Shown one piece after another: positions 31,471-40,951 of a stretch of DNA of 64,000 nt (its first letter is position 1; each line of letters starts with the position of its first letter). Origin of the DNA: a virus. A model generated the notes under the pieces. That model was not told the DNA's origin and made no database searches. It saw only the letters and a program-made list of their open reading frames with translations. The translations under genes were made by a program, and so were the position numbers. The DNA lies in the IMG/VR virus record IMGVR_UViG_3300025121_000027, positions 32,001 to 96,000 of that record, one strand, 5' to 3'.

Positions 31471-32229
31471 ATGAAAAAAGATTCTAATAATTACTTCGGC
31501 AAAGGTAACACTCCTCCGCCTTATAGTATTTTGGGTTTGCCTTTGGAAATTAAATCCGATGATGTTTCGGATGAAGGCAAATTCAAAGGATGGGGAAGTA
31601 CTTTTGGCGGGAAACCAGATAGTTATGGTGATGTAGTTGTAAAAGGAGCATTCAAAGAAACATTAGAAAATGGAGGGAGAAACGGGACTGGAATTGCTAT
31701 GCTTTATCAACACAATTCCTATGAGCCAATTGGCGTTTGGACCGTAATGGAAGAAAGAGATAAAGGGCTTTGGGTAGAAGGCGAATTAGATTTAAATGTT
31801 CAAAGAGCAAAAGAAACACATTCTCTTCTTCGCAAAGGTGCTATGCGCGGCTTGTCTATTGGCTATGATCTTCCAAGACTACCTGATGGAACAAGAGATC
31901 CAGGTGCTTGTGAATTTATCGAACAAGTAAATGGTCAATACATTAGAGTATTAAAGAAGATTAATTTATGGGAAGTTTCCCCTGTTACTTTCCCTGCAAA
32001 TATCCAAGCCACTATTACTTCGGTAAAGGATTTTGAGGGGTGTAAAACCGAGCGAGATTGGGAAAAAGCCTTGAGGGAATTAGGGCTTTCAAAGTCTGCC
32101 GCTCAGTATATAGTAAAGTTAATCAAGCCGTCTTTGAGGGAGTCAGGGGCGCAAGATGAAAGCCAAGATGAGCTTGGCGCAATGCTTGCAGAGCTGCGGA
32201 ATAGAAGTAAACGCGCCTGCGATTTCTAA
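31471..32229 (+). CDS. HK97-type prohead protease
   Basis: DSYGDVVVKGAF, MLYQH, PIGVW, GLSIGY, LWEVSPVTFPAN. Confidence 0.95.
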   Translation: MKKDSNNYFGKGNTPPPYSILGLPLEIKSDDVSDEGKFKGWGSTFGGKPDSYGDVVVKGAFKETLENGGRNGTGIAMLYQHNSYEPIGVWTVMEERDKGLWVEGELDLNVQRAKETHSLLRKGAMRGLSIGYDLPRLPDGTRDPGACEFIEQVNGQYIRVLKKINLWEVSPVTFPANIQATITSVKDFEGCKTERDWEKALRELGLSKSAAQYIVKLIKPSLRESGAQDESQDELGAMLAELRNRSKRACDF

Positions 32230-32259
32230 CTAACTTATTTTATTTAAGGAGTAAACAAA

Positions 32260-33723
32260 ATGACTTGGGAAGTAAAAGACGGTTCCACCGAAAGAGAAGA
32301 TGCAATTAAGAAAAGCCAAAACCCGGAAGTTGTGAAGCAGGTTTTTGCCGAGATTGATCGGCAGAACGATGGTCTTAAAAAGAACTATGAGACTTTGCGA
32401 ACTGATTATACCGAGCTGAAGCATTTGGTCGGCGAAGTAGAAAAGTCCATCAAGGGTGTCGATCCTTTGCTTAAAGAGCAAGTAAAGAAATTTGAGGAAG
32501 CCATTGTCAATCGTCAAGCTGAAATGGACACCTTGAAAGCTGCTCAAGAAACTGCTTCTAAAGAACAGCAGAAACGTATGGATGCCTTGGAGCTTACTTT
32601 GCGCCGTCCTAATGGTTCTGGCGATATGTCTCCTGAAGATGTTCGCAAGCTGGAGAAGTCCGCTCTGGATTGGCAGATTAATGTTATGTCCATGCGCGAA
32701 GATGGTGCGAAGTGGCATAAAGTCAAAGGTGTAAAAGTCGATGTTGAACTTTTCAAGAAGTATCAACAGGGCTTGGAAGCCTTTATGCGCTCTAATAATG
32801 ATTTGCCTGAGCGTACTATGGATGCAGAACTTTACAAAGCATTGACTGTTGGTTCTGATCCTGATGGTGGTTATACTGTGACCCCTGCTATGGGCAATCG
32901 TATCATTACTCGTGTTTTTGAAGCCGATCCTATTCGTCAACTTTGTGCATTGGAAAGCATTACTACTGGCGCTATTGAGTGGATGGTTGACTTCGGTCAA
33001 GCTGGTTTTGGGTGGGAAGGCGAGACTTCTTCTGGTGCGGAAACTGGTACGCCTGATTTGAAGAAGAAAAGAATCCCTGTGCATGTTTGTTATGCCAAGC
33101 CTCGCGCCTCTCAAACTCTGCTGGAAGATAGCGGTATCAATATTGAGAATTGGCTTGCCGATCACGTTGCGAAGAGATTTGCTCGTGGTGAGGGCGCTTC
33201 CTTTGTTACTGGTGATGGTGTTGGCAAGCCTCGCGGTTTCTTGACTTATGACAATGTTACTACTGCTGGCACTCCTGAATGGGGAAAAGTAGAGCAGATT
33301 AATATGGGTCATGCGACTGCTTTGACTGCTGATGGCTTTATCAACGTCAAATACTCCATGACCGAGTATTATCTTGGTCGCGGTACTTGGTTGATGAATC
33401 GTACTACTGTTGCCGATGCCTTGCAGTTGAAAGACGGTCAGGGTCGTTACATTTGGCAGCCTGGTATGGAAATGGGTCAGCCCGGTCAGATTCTTGGCCT
33501 TCCCGTTCGCATGAGTACTACTATGCCGGTTGTTGCTGCTAATGCTCTTTCGGTTGCTCTTGCTGATTGGCAGGAATTCTATATGATCGTGGATCGTCTT
33601 GGAATTACTATTCAGCGCGATCCATACACTGCTAAGCCCATGATCGAATTCTACACGAGAAAAAGAGTGGGTGCGGACGTAGTAAACTTTGAAGCTGGTA
33701 GAATTGGCGTTATTGCTGCTTAA
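32260..33723 (+). CDS. HK97-fold major capsid protein
   Basis: coiled-coil delta domain, GSDPDGGYTV, SQTLLEDS, FVTGDGVGKPRGFL, LKDGQGRYIWQP. Confidence 0.95.
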   Translation: MTWEVKDGSTEREDAIKKSQNPEVVKQVFAEIDRQNDGLKKNYETLRTDYTELKHLVGEVEKSIKGVDPLLKEQVKKFEEAIVNRQAEMDTLKAAQETASKEQQKRMDALELTLRRPNGSGDMSPEDVRKLEKSALDWQINVMSMREDGAKWHKVKGVKVDVELFKKYQQGLEAFMRSNNDLPERTMDAELYKALTVGSDPDGGYTVTPAMGNRIITRVFEADPIRQLCALESITTGAIEWMVDFGQAGFGWEGETSSGAETGTPDLKKKRIPVHVCYAKPRASQTLLEDSGINIENWLADHVAKRFARGEGASFVTGDGVGKPRGFLTYDNVTTAGTPEWGKVEQINMGHATALTADGFINVKYSMTEYYLGRGTWLMNRTTVADALQLKDGQGRYIWQPGMEMGQPGQILGLPVRMSTTMPVVAANALSVALADWQEFYMIVDRLGITIQRDPYTAKPMIEFYTRKRVGADVVNFEAGRIGVIAA

Positions 33724-33729
33724 TTAAAT

Positions 33730-33765
33730 TTGCTTCGGTTCTTTCTTCAAATTGAGCCGAAGCAA
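33730..33765 (+). other. stem-loop after capsid gene (mRNA stabiliser or weak terminator)
   Basis: TTGCTTCGGTTC/GAGCCGAAGCAA, no U-tract. Confidence 0.6.
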
Positions 33766-33787
33766 TAACTTAACGGAGGTAAAATAA

Positions 33788-34902
33788 ATGTTGAGAGATA
33801 GTGTATCGAATTTCAAGTTTTTCCAAGCGGTTTCCCCGCAGGATCTTGCTGCAACCGACATTACTGGTTTTGACATCGACACTCAAGGGTATGAGTCCTT
33901 GACTTTCATTATCAATGTTGGTCAACTGAGTCATGTCAATAGCGTTTCTTATGTTCAGTTTGTTATGCAACATGCGGATGCTTCTACTGCTGGCGGTGCT
34001 GGTACTTATGCTGCCGTATCTATTACCGAAGTAATCGGTCTTGCTTCTACTATCACTGCTCTTTCTGGTGGTATTGTGAAGTCTCTTGGCCAACTTAACA
34101 GCGGGCTTGCTGCTTCTTTGGGTAGTGCCGTTCATGCTGTTGGCTATCGCGGTACCAGACGTTATGTGCGGCTTAATGTGGATTGCGTCGGTGCTGTTTG
34201 TTCTGCTGCCGCTGTATCCGCTGCCGCGATTGAGATTACTGCGATGCTTGGCTATCCTGGGGATTGGCCCGTTGTTGATAATGTAGAGCAAGCAGTTGAT
34301 ACTAACAATGTGTAGTAATTAGGTGTTCGGCTGATAGGCAGTCTCCTCCTTGAAGCCGATTAACGAGTGGGGAGTAAAATCCCCACTCAATACAAAACAA
34401 TAAGAAAAGGTAAAAAAATATGCCTCTTTTCCCTACTAAAGATGTTTCCTATAATAATCAAGATATCGGTATGTATCAAGGAGCAGACTTTGCTTTTTGG
34501 GATGATGCAGTAATGGGGGCAAGAGCGATGAGAAATTTTCTTCGTTCTTTGCTTACTGTAACTGATCAGGCAATTAGCGATTCTGTTCTTGCTAATAGTC
34601 TTTTCTCTCCTGCTTATGGGGTGCATTGGTATTCTGCTCCGACTGGTCAATCTCTTTGTTCTATGTATCTTCCTATCCCAAGCGAAGGTATGGTTCTTGT
34701 TTTGGACGGCACAAACCTTGTTACAGACGCAAATGTTTTTGTTTCTCTTGTCACTGGTGTTACTTTGCAAAGACCTTCTGGCTCTGCTATTTCAAGTATT
34801 AACATGAGCGCCGCTGCATTCGCTAAATTGCTTTGTACTACAGATGGAACTTGGTCTGTAATTGAAGCGAATGCAAGTGCTACTTTGCAGGTTGCGTCTT
34901 AA
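33788..34902 (+). CDS. two Ser/Ala-rich putative capsid accessory proteins (33788-34315, 34420-34902)
   Basis: position after the capsid gene; IDTQGYES..VGYRGTRRYVRL pattern in the first. Confidence 0.55.
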
Positions 34903-34921
34903 TTTTAATTAGAGGTGGATA

Positions 34922-35209
34922 ATGTTAGTAAGGATGACCAAAACAACAAAAGGCTCGCCAAATGGCATCAAAGTTATGGAGTATAAAGCGGGCGAGCAAT
35001 ATAATTTGCCGGAAAATCTTTATCATGTTTTCAAGAAGATTGGCGCTTGTCAAGATGTAGAAGTAAAAGCAGTATCTAATGCACCGCAAAATAAAATGGC
35101 GCAAGTTCCAGAAAACAAAGTAGAAAAAGTTGAAGAGATTCCTGAGATTGAACAGGAAGATATTCAAGAAGTAGAAGACAAACAATCTTACAAACGCCGG
35201 AGACGGTAA
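34922..35209 (+). CDS. hypothetical head-region protein
   Basis: KGSPNGIKVMEYKAGE, APQNK/PENK motifs. Confidence 0.5.
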   Translation: MLVRMTKTTKGSPNGIKVMEYKAGEQYNLPENLYHVFKKIGACQDVEVKAVSNAPQNKMAQVPENKVEKVEEIPEIEQEDIQEVEDKQSYKRRRR

Positions 35210-35812
35210 ATGCCACTTATCGAGAAGCCCTTGCCGGGTCATGCAAATATGGTTTTTAAAGTTGTAATATCTCCAGAGTCCGAACCTATTACGGCTGAAG
35301 AAGTACGTTCTCTGGGTAGAATTGAGACGGACGCTGAAGATACACTTATCGAAACTATGATTACTGCTGTTAGAGAAATAGCAGAGTCATGGCTTGGCAG
35401 GGCTATTCTCGAACAAACGATAGAAGCATCGTTTGATTACTGGCCTGATAATCCAGTAAAGCTTCCAAGGCCACCACTTATATCTGTTGATTCTATTGTA
35501 ACAGTAGACGAAGAGAATCAAGAAACGCTTTATAGTGTAGATAATTACTTTTTCAGAACAAGTTCAAATCAGAAAGGTGAAGTAATTATTAAAAATGGAG
35601 CGGCAGCTCCAACAAATACAGATAGATATTATGGTGGTTTTAAAATTACATATACTGCTGGATATGGAGATCAAGTAGATGATGTGCCACAAGGTATAAA
35701 GCACGGTTTAATGGAATGGGTATTACATGCAATAGAAAATAGAACTATAAGCAGAGAACCACCTGAAATGGCTATGCCTTTACTTGGAGCATATAGGATA
35801 AGAAACATATGA
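35210..35812 (+). CDS. head-tail connector (gp6-like)
   Basis: PESEPIT..., LPRPPLISVDSI, ITYTAGYG..VPQGIK. Confidence 0.85.
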   Translation: MPLIEKPLPGHANMVFKVVISPESEPITAEEVRSLGRIETDAEDTLIETMITAVREIAESWLGRAILEQTIEASFDYWPDNPVKLPRPPLISVDSIVTVDEENQETLYSVDNYFFRTSSNQKGEVIIKNGAAAPTNTDRYYGGFKITYTAGYGDQVDDVPQGIKHGLMEWVLHAIENRTISREPPEMAMPLLGAYRIRNI

Positions 35813-35972
35813 GAGAAACACTTCAAATAGTTGATGCTTGTGAATTAAATTTATCCTACAAAGAATCTCTTCAATCAGCAAAAGAACTTCTTAAACGAAA
35901 CGGTTATTTTGTTGAAAGAGTATTGTTGGATATAAACACAGGCATTGCTTGGGCGCATGTAGGTAAACAATA

Positions 35973-36485
35973 ATGTATGCCTTCGGAAAGAAAAAACATA
36001 CTTACTTTTGGGATTTGAAAAATTCTCCTAAATGGCTTGCTCGAAATCTCGATAAGAGGATTCGTTTGTTCAATGCCGCTCAAGCAGAATCAGATGAAGG
36101 TGGCTTTGACCATACATATAACTTTTTAAAAGAGATATGGGCAGGATGCACGACATTATCTCACAATGCTTATATGCGATGGAGCAGTACAGAAAACACC
36201 GGCAACATATCTCATGAAATAGTAATTAGAAAAAATGCCGTAGATGATTTACATTCTGAATTTACTTCTGCTTTTGGAACAGTATTTGATAATATAGCAG
36301 ATATAAATCCAATCAAAAGCAATATGTTTATCATGCTTTTATCTACTTCAAGCACAGGTAAATTTTTCAGAGCAAGAAGAGTTATGGATAAAGATGAAAA
36401 TGGAGAATATTTATCTATACTGTGCGAAGAGATAGAAGAGTTTGGAACTGGCGCTCCTAATCAAGATGAAGATGGAGTATTGTAA
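35973..36485 (+). CDS. head closure / head-tail adaptor
   Basis: LDKRIRL, DEGGF, EIWAG, SHEIVIR, YLSILCEE; synteny. Confidence 0.65.
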   Translation: MYAFGKKKHTYFWDLKNSPKWLARNLDKRIRLFNAAQAESDEGGFDHTYNFLKEIWAGCTTLSHNAYMRWSSTENTGNISHEIVIRKNAVDDLHSEFTSAFGTVFDNIADINPIKSNMFIMLLSTSSTGKFFRARRVMDKDENGEYLSILCEEIEEFGTGAPNQDEDGVL

Positions 36486-36953
36486 ATGCCAAAATACATA
36501 TCTGTAAAAGTTGAGCCAGATGACAAGATAATAAGTATTAAATTAAATAAGTTTAATCAAAAAGCACTTGATGCTGTTCATTATAGATTAGTTTGGGGAG
36601 CAAATAGAATTAGAAATCGCATGATTAACTTGATGCGACACACTCCAAAAACAGGGAAGAAATATAGAAGAGGAAAGAAGTGGCATATAGCATCAAGCCC
36701 TGGTAATGCTCCTGCTGTTGATCGCGGTCAATTGATTAGAAGTATAGTAATGGATGAAGGCATTGACTATGTGGAAGTAGGAGTTAAAAGCGGTGCTCCT
36801 TATGCAGCAGCGTTAGAAGAAGGAACAAGCAAAGCTGGCAGAGGAAGAAAAACCAAAATACTTCCAAGGCCATTTTTAAAGCCTTCTGTAGCGGCAGAGA
36901 TGCCAAGAATAGAATCAAGAATATATTACGATTTAAATAGATTGGGTTTATAA
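36486..36953 (+). CDS. HK97 gp10-like neck/tail component
   Basis: HIASSPGNAPAVDRGQL, YAAALEEGT, PRPFLKP. Confidence 0.8.
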   Translation: MPKYISVKVEPDDKIISIKLNKFNQKALDAVHYRLVWGANRIRNRMINLMRHTPKTGKKYRRGKKWHIASSPGNAPAVDRGQLIRSIVMDEGIDYVEVGVKSGAPYAAALEEGTSKAGRGRKTKILPRPFLKPSVAAEMPRIESRIYYDLNRLGL

Positions 36954-37568
36954 ATGAGACTTGGCGAACTTGTCATAAGATTAAGAGAAACAACTCAGCT
37001 TTTCCAAGGAAGAGTTGGCGGTACTGCTGAATATGCAATAGCGCAAGACAATACTCTTAACAACGAAATGGCTTTTGTTCTTCCTGTAACTGATGTTGCA
37101 GATGAAAATAAAAATGATACTTCTATTCAGCAAATTATAACAGAACAATTTGCTGTTATAGTAGCAATAAAAAATGATACAAACTTTAAAGATAAAACTG
37201 GTTTTACTGCATATAATCGATTGCATGAAATTAGAAAAGATATGTTTAGGGCTTATTTAGGATATGACACTGGATTACTTTTTGAAGAAGATGATGAAAA
37301 TACTACAGAAACATTGATCTATTATCGTGGTGGTCAACTCTTAGATATAGATAGAGGATATTTATGGTATCAATTCACATTTGAATATAAGGTTGGGATA
37401 ACTACTCAAACAGTATTCGATCCTGTGACTGGTTATCTTGACAGAATATATGCTCAATGGGTTTTAGCAGAGAGTGATAATTTGCCGGTTACGGAAGACT
37501 TGCCAGTAGAATCATTCGCTCCTGATATGGAGCAGATGATTGATTTGCAAGTGCTTAGAGAATCATAA
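36954..37568 (+). CDS. tail terminator/completion protein
   Basis: GRVGG, YRGGQLLD..LWYQFTF; synteny. Confidence 0.65.
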   Translation: MRLGELVIRLRETTQLFQGRVGGTAEYAIAQDNTLNNEMAFVLPVTDVADENKNDTSIQQIITEQFAVIVAIKNDTNFKDKTGFTAYNRLHEIRKDMFRAYLGYDTGLLFEEDDENTTETLIYYRGGQLLDIDRGYLWYQFTFEYKVGITTQTVFDPVTGYLDRIYAQWVLAESDNLPVTEDLPVESFAPDMEQMIDLQVLRES

Positions 37569-37589
37569 ACAGCGAAACGGAGAAAAAGA

Positions 37590-37775
37590 ATGGAAAAGTT
37601 TTTGAAACCAAAGGAAGGATTGATAGTACGCGATCCAGTTACAATGACTCCTCTATCTAAAGATGGAGAATGGAAACCTTGGATCGGTCCACAAGGGAGA
37701 TATTGGAGACGAAGAATAAACTGTGGAGATTGTTTTGACAGTACTCCGCAAAATCAGAGAAAGAGAAAGGAGTAA
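37590..37775 (+). CDS. DUF2635-like Mu-type small tail protein
   Basis: KPKEGLIVRDP...YWRRRINCGD just before the sheath gene. Confidence 0.75.
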   Translation: MEKFLKPKEGLIVRDPVTMTPLSKDGEWKPWIGPQGRYWRRRINCGDCFDSTPQNQRKRKE

Positions 37776-37783
37776 ACTAAACC

Positions 37784-39289
37784 ATGACAATTTCCTTCAA
37801 TAATATTCCAGATGCCGTCAGAACTCCGAATGTGTACACCGAGATTGATAATAGTAGAGCACTCGGCAATCGTCTTGTTCAGAATCCTCATAAAGCTTTG
37901 ATTGTTGCACAGAGAACTACTGAAGGTTCTGTTGAGCCTTTGGTATTGACTGCTATTACAAACAATAATCTTGCAGATGGTTACTTTGGCCCTGGAAGTC
38001 AACTTGCTCGCATGTGTGCAGTATTTAAAAGTAATAACCCAAATACTGAATTGTGGGCTGTTGCTTTGAGCGATGAAGCGGCTGGTATAAAAGCATCTTG
38101 TGTTATCAGAACTTCTGTTGCTTTGTCTGCTACTGGTGGTAGTTGTTCTGGTGGTGGTACTTATTTCCTACTTGTTAATGGTGTTAAATGCTATACTGCT
38201 ATGACAAGCGGTTGGAGTACTGCTGATGCCAATAGTGCTATCATAGCTAAAATCAATGCTGATTCTACTTTGCCTGTGGTCGCCTCTACTATTGCTACTT
38301 CTGCTGTTTGTATCACTGCTGTGAATAAAGGCGAAGCTGGCAATTATATTGATGTAAGGGCTAATTACTATATGGGGCAAAGCGATCCTGCTTGCTTTGT
38401 GGATTCCGCTCAGATTACAGCAATGGCTGGCGGTACTACTAACTCTGATCTTGGCGATGCTTGGGCTGTTATTGATAATGAAAGATTCAATTACATTATT
38501 CAGCCTTATGTTGATGCTGCCAACCTAACAGAAATAGAAACGGAACTTGAAGATAGATTTGGGCCAATGATTAATCTTCAAGGCCACGGTTTTGCTGCAT
38601 TGCGTGGTACTGCTGCTTCTTGTACTACCTTAGGCAACACTCGTAATTCTCCGCATAATACTATTATGGGTTGTTACGATAGCCCAACTGATCCAGCAGA
38701 ATGGGCCGCTTCTCTTGGAGCTGTTGCTGCTTGGAATTTGAATAACGATCCAGCAAGACCATTGCAATTCTTAAAGTTGAAAGGTGTGCTTGCGCCGCCT
38801 GTTGCAAATAGGTTCACCAGAAGTGAAAGAGACACTTTGCTTTACGACGGCATTGCTACTTATTATGTTGATCCAGGCGGTTATGTACTGATTGAACGAT
38901 GTATTACTACCTATCAACTTAATGCAGTAGGAATTGCAGACCCGAGCTATCTGGATATTCAGACGCTTGCAACGCTTGGAGAAATTAGGGATCAATTCCT
39001 TATTCGCATGACCAATAGATTTATTATTCCAAGATATAAGCTTGCGGATGATGGCTATCCAGTACAGCCTGGGGCTTATATCGTAACACCTGCGACTGTA
39101 AGGCAAGAATGTATCTCTCTTTTTACTGCCTTACGGGATGATGGCTTGGTAGAGAATCTGGATGACTTCATAGAGAATTTGATTGTCGAAAGAAATCAAA
39201 CAGATGTTAATCGTGTAGATGTTTTGCTCCCCCCGGATCTTGTGAACCAGTTCCGTGTACTTGCCAGCACAATTCGTTTTATATTGTAA
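37784..39289 (+). CDS. contractile tail sheath (Mu gpL-like)
   Basis: ISFNNIP..RTPNVYTEIDNSRA, DPARPLQ, LLYDGIAT, PPDLVNQFRV. Confidence 0.95.
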   Translation: MTISFNNIPDAVRTPNVYTEIDNSRALGNRLVQNPHKALIVAQRTTEGSVEPLVLTAITNNNLADGYFGPGSQLARMCAVFKSNNPNTELWAVALSDEAAGIKASCVIRTSVALSATGGSCSGGGTYFLLVNGVKCYTAMTSGWSTADANSAIIAKINADSTLPVVASTIATSAVCITAVNKGEAGNYIDVRANYYMGQSDPACFVDSAQITAMAGGTTNSDLGDAWAVIDNERFNYIIQPYVDAANLTEIETELEDRFGPMINLQGHGFAALRGTAASCTTLGNTRNSPHNTIMGCYDSPTDPAEWAASLGAVAAWNLNNDPARPLQFLKLKGVLAPPVANRFTRSERDTLLYDGIATYYVDPGGYVLIERCITTYQLNAVGIADPSYLDIQTLATLGEIRDQFLIRMTNRFIIPRYKLADDGYPVQPGAYIVTPATVRQECISLFTALRDDGLVENLDDFIENLIVERNQTDVNRVDVLLPPDLVNQFRVLASTIRFIL

Positions 39290-39306
39290 AATCAATAGGT
39301 TAGCTA

Positions 39307-40065
39307 ATGTATATTGTTTATCGAATGTACTGCGAAGCAAATAAGAAAAGCTATATTGGTATTACTGATAGCTTCAAAAGAAGAATGGCTGTTCATTGGA
39401 ATACTTTTACAAACACTGTTCTTTCAAGAACTATTAAGAAATATGGTAAAGAAAGCTTCAAAGTATATAAGATAGACAATGCAGAAGATTGTATTGAGGC
39501 TTGCGATAAAGAGAAATTATATATCGCAAGCCTCAATACTAAAGTTCCAAACGGCATGAATATGACCGATGGCGGAGAAGGAATTTTTGGATTAAAACAT
39601 TCTGATAAAACTCGTAGGCAGATGTCTGATTCTCATAAAGGAAAAGCTATCGGTGATAAAAACCCAATGTATGGCAAACCCGGATCAATGCTTGGTAAAA
39701 AATGGACGGAAGAACAAAGAAGAAAATTATCTGAATCTTGTAAAGGCAGAATACCATGGAATAAAGGAAAGAAAGGTGTGCAGAAGGGGTGGAATAAAGG
39801 TTTAAAAGGAATACCAAGTCCAAAAAAAGGGAAACCTGGCAAGAAATGGACAGAAGAAACAAGAAAAAAAATGGAAATATCAAGAGTTGGTTGTTCTTTG
39901 GGTTGTAAGAATGCATCAGCAAAATTTGTTGAATTAGATATAATTGAAATAAGAAAAATATATGATTCTGGCAAAATGAATCAGCGTGAATTGGCTAAAA
40001 AATTTAATGTAACAGAACCAAATATACATTGTATTGTCAGGCGAAAAACTTGGACGCATATATAA
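39307..40065 (+). CDS. free-standing GIY-YIG/NUMOD3 homing endonuclease
   Basis: YIVY...KSYIG, NGMNMTDGGEG, HSDKTRRQMSDSHKG, NPMYGK, C-terminal HTH. Confidence 0.85.
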   Translation: MYIVYRMYCEANKKSYIGITDSFKRRMAVHWNTFTNTVLSRTIKKYGKESFKVYKIDNAEDCIEACDKEKLYIASLNTKVPNGMNMTDGGEGIFGLKHSDKTRRQMSDSHKGKAIGDKNPMYGKPGSMLGKKWTEEQRRKLSESCKGRIPWNKGKKGVQKGWNKGLKGIPSPKKGKPGKKWTEETRKKMEISRVGCSLGCKNASAKFVELDIIEIRKIYDSGKMNQRELAKKFNVTEPNIHCIVRRKTWTHI

Positions 40066-40081
40066 TAAAGGAGAGAAGTAA

Positions 40082-40474
40082 ATGAGAATCACAGGTCGAG
40101 TGGAAATTTTACTGAATGGAGAAATGCTTTTGAATAAGGCTGGCGCTGTTGCTCGTGGTCTTGGCATTAGCGGTGAGCCTAACTTTGAGCTAAGTGCAAT
40201 AGTCGGAGATACTGGCCTTCATGGCTATATTGAAAATCCGATTATGGCAGAATGTGAAGTAAAGATAACAGATACAGATGATAAAATGCTTTCTGATCTT
40301 GCAAGAATTAGAGAAAACGGCACTCTTATCTTTCGCTCTGCTCGTGGTGGTAAAGCTTATATTATGGATAGAGCAACTTGTATTCGTAATTTTGAATTGA
40401 CTGGTGGCGAAGGAGAGACAACCATTAAATTTCAAGGTCCGTATTGGACTGAAACCGTTGAATCTGCTCTATAG
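40082..40474 (+). CDS. tail tube protein (Mu gpM-like)
   Basis: VGDTGLHGYIE, GETTIKFQG; synteny. Confidence 0.8.
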   Translation: MRITGRVEILLNGEMLLNKAGAVARGLGISGEPNFELSAIVGDTGLHGYIENPIMAECEVKITDTDDKMLSDLARIRENGTLIFRSARGGKAYIMDRATCIRNFELTGGEGETTIKFQGPYWTETVESAL

Positions 40475-40502
40475 TTTTAAGTAAAGAATTTCTAAGGAGA
40501 CA

Positions 40503-40951
40503 ATGATGGATAGTATTAAAGTGTTACTTAAAAGTCCAGTAACAGTAAATGAGATAATATATACAGAACTTACAATAGGAAAGTTTAGAGCAAAGCATTT
40601 TCAATATCTTCCAGAAGAGGCTCTTGCTTTAGAGTATGATGATCCTAAAGCAATGGATAAAAAGCAAATGCTTAAACTTGCCATAGGAATGATGCCTTTA
40701 ATTGCCGCTATGGCAAATGTTCCTAAAGAAGTTGTTGAAGAGTTAGAGATGCCCGATCTTATGGGGGTGATAGAAAAAGTTGGCCCTTTCTTAGCAGCGT
40801 CCCTATCACAAGAGACTGGAAGCAAATGATATGGGTGATAGCGGACGCATATCATTTTGCTCCAGTCTCTATATGGGAAATGAGCATAGAAGATTTACAC
40901 TTTTGGATAGATGGTTCCAACTGGCTAAACAAGAAAAGGGGCAGTAATTAA
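40503..40951 (+). CDS. tail assembly chaperone (40503-40829) with predicted -1 frameshift extension to 40951
   Basis: in-frame slippery C CCT TTC at 40784-40790; -1 frame open to TAA 40949-40951 (DWKQMIWVIADAYHFAP..W). Confidence 0.75.

Noticed and set aside
32230-33312. 360-aa minus-strand ORF
   Set aside because: Antisense shadow of the major capsid gene caused by codon bias; no motifs.
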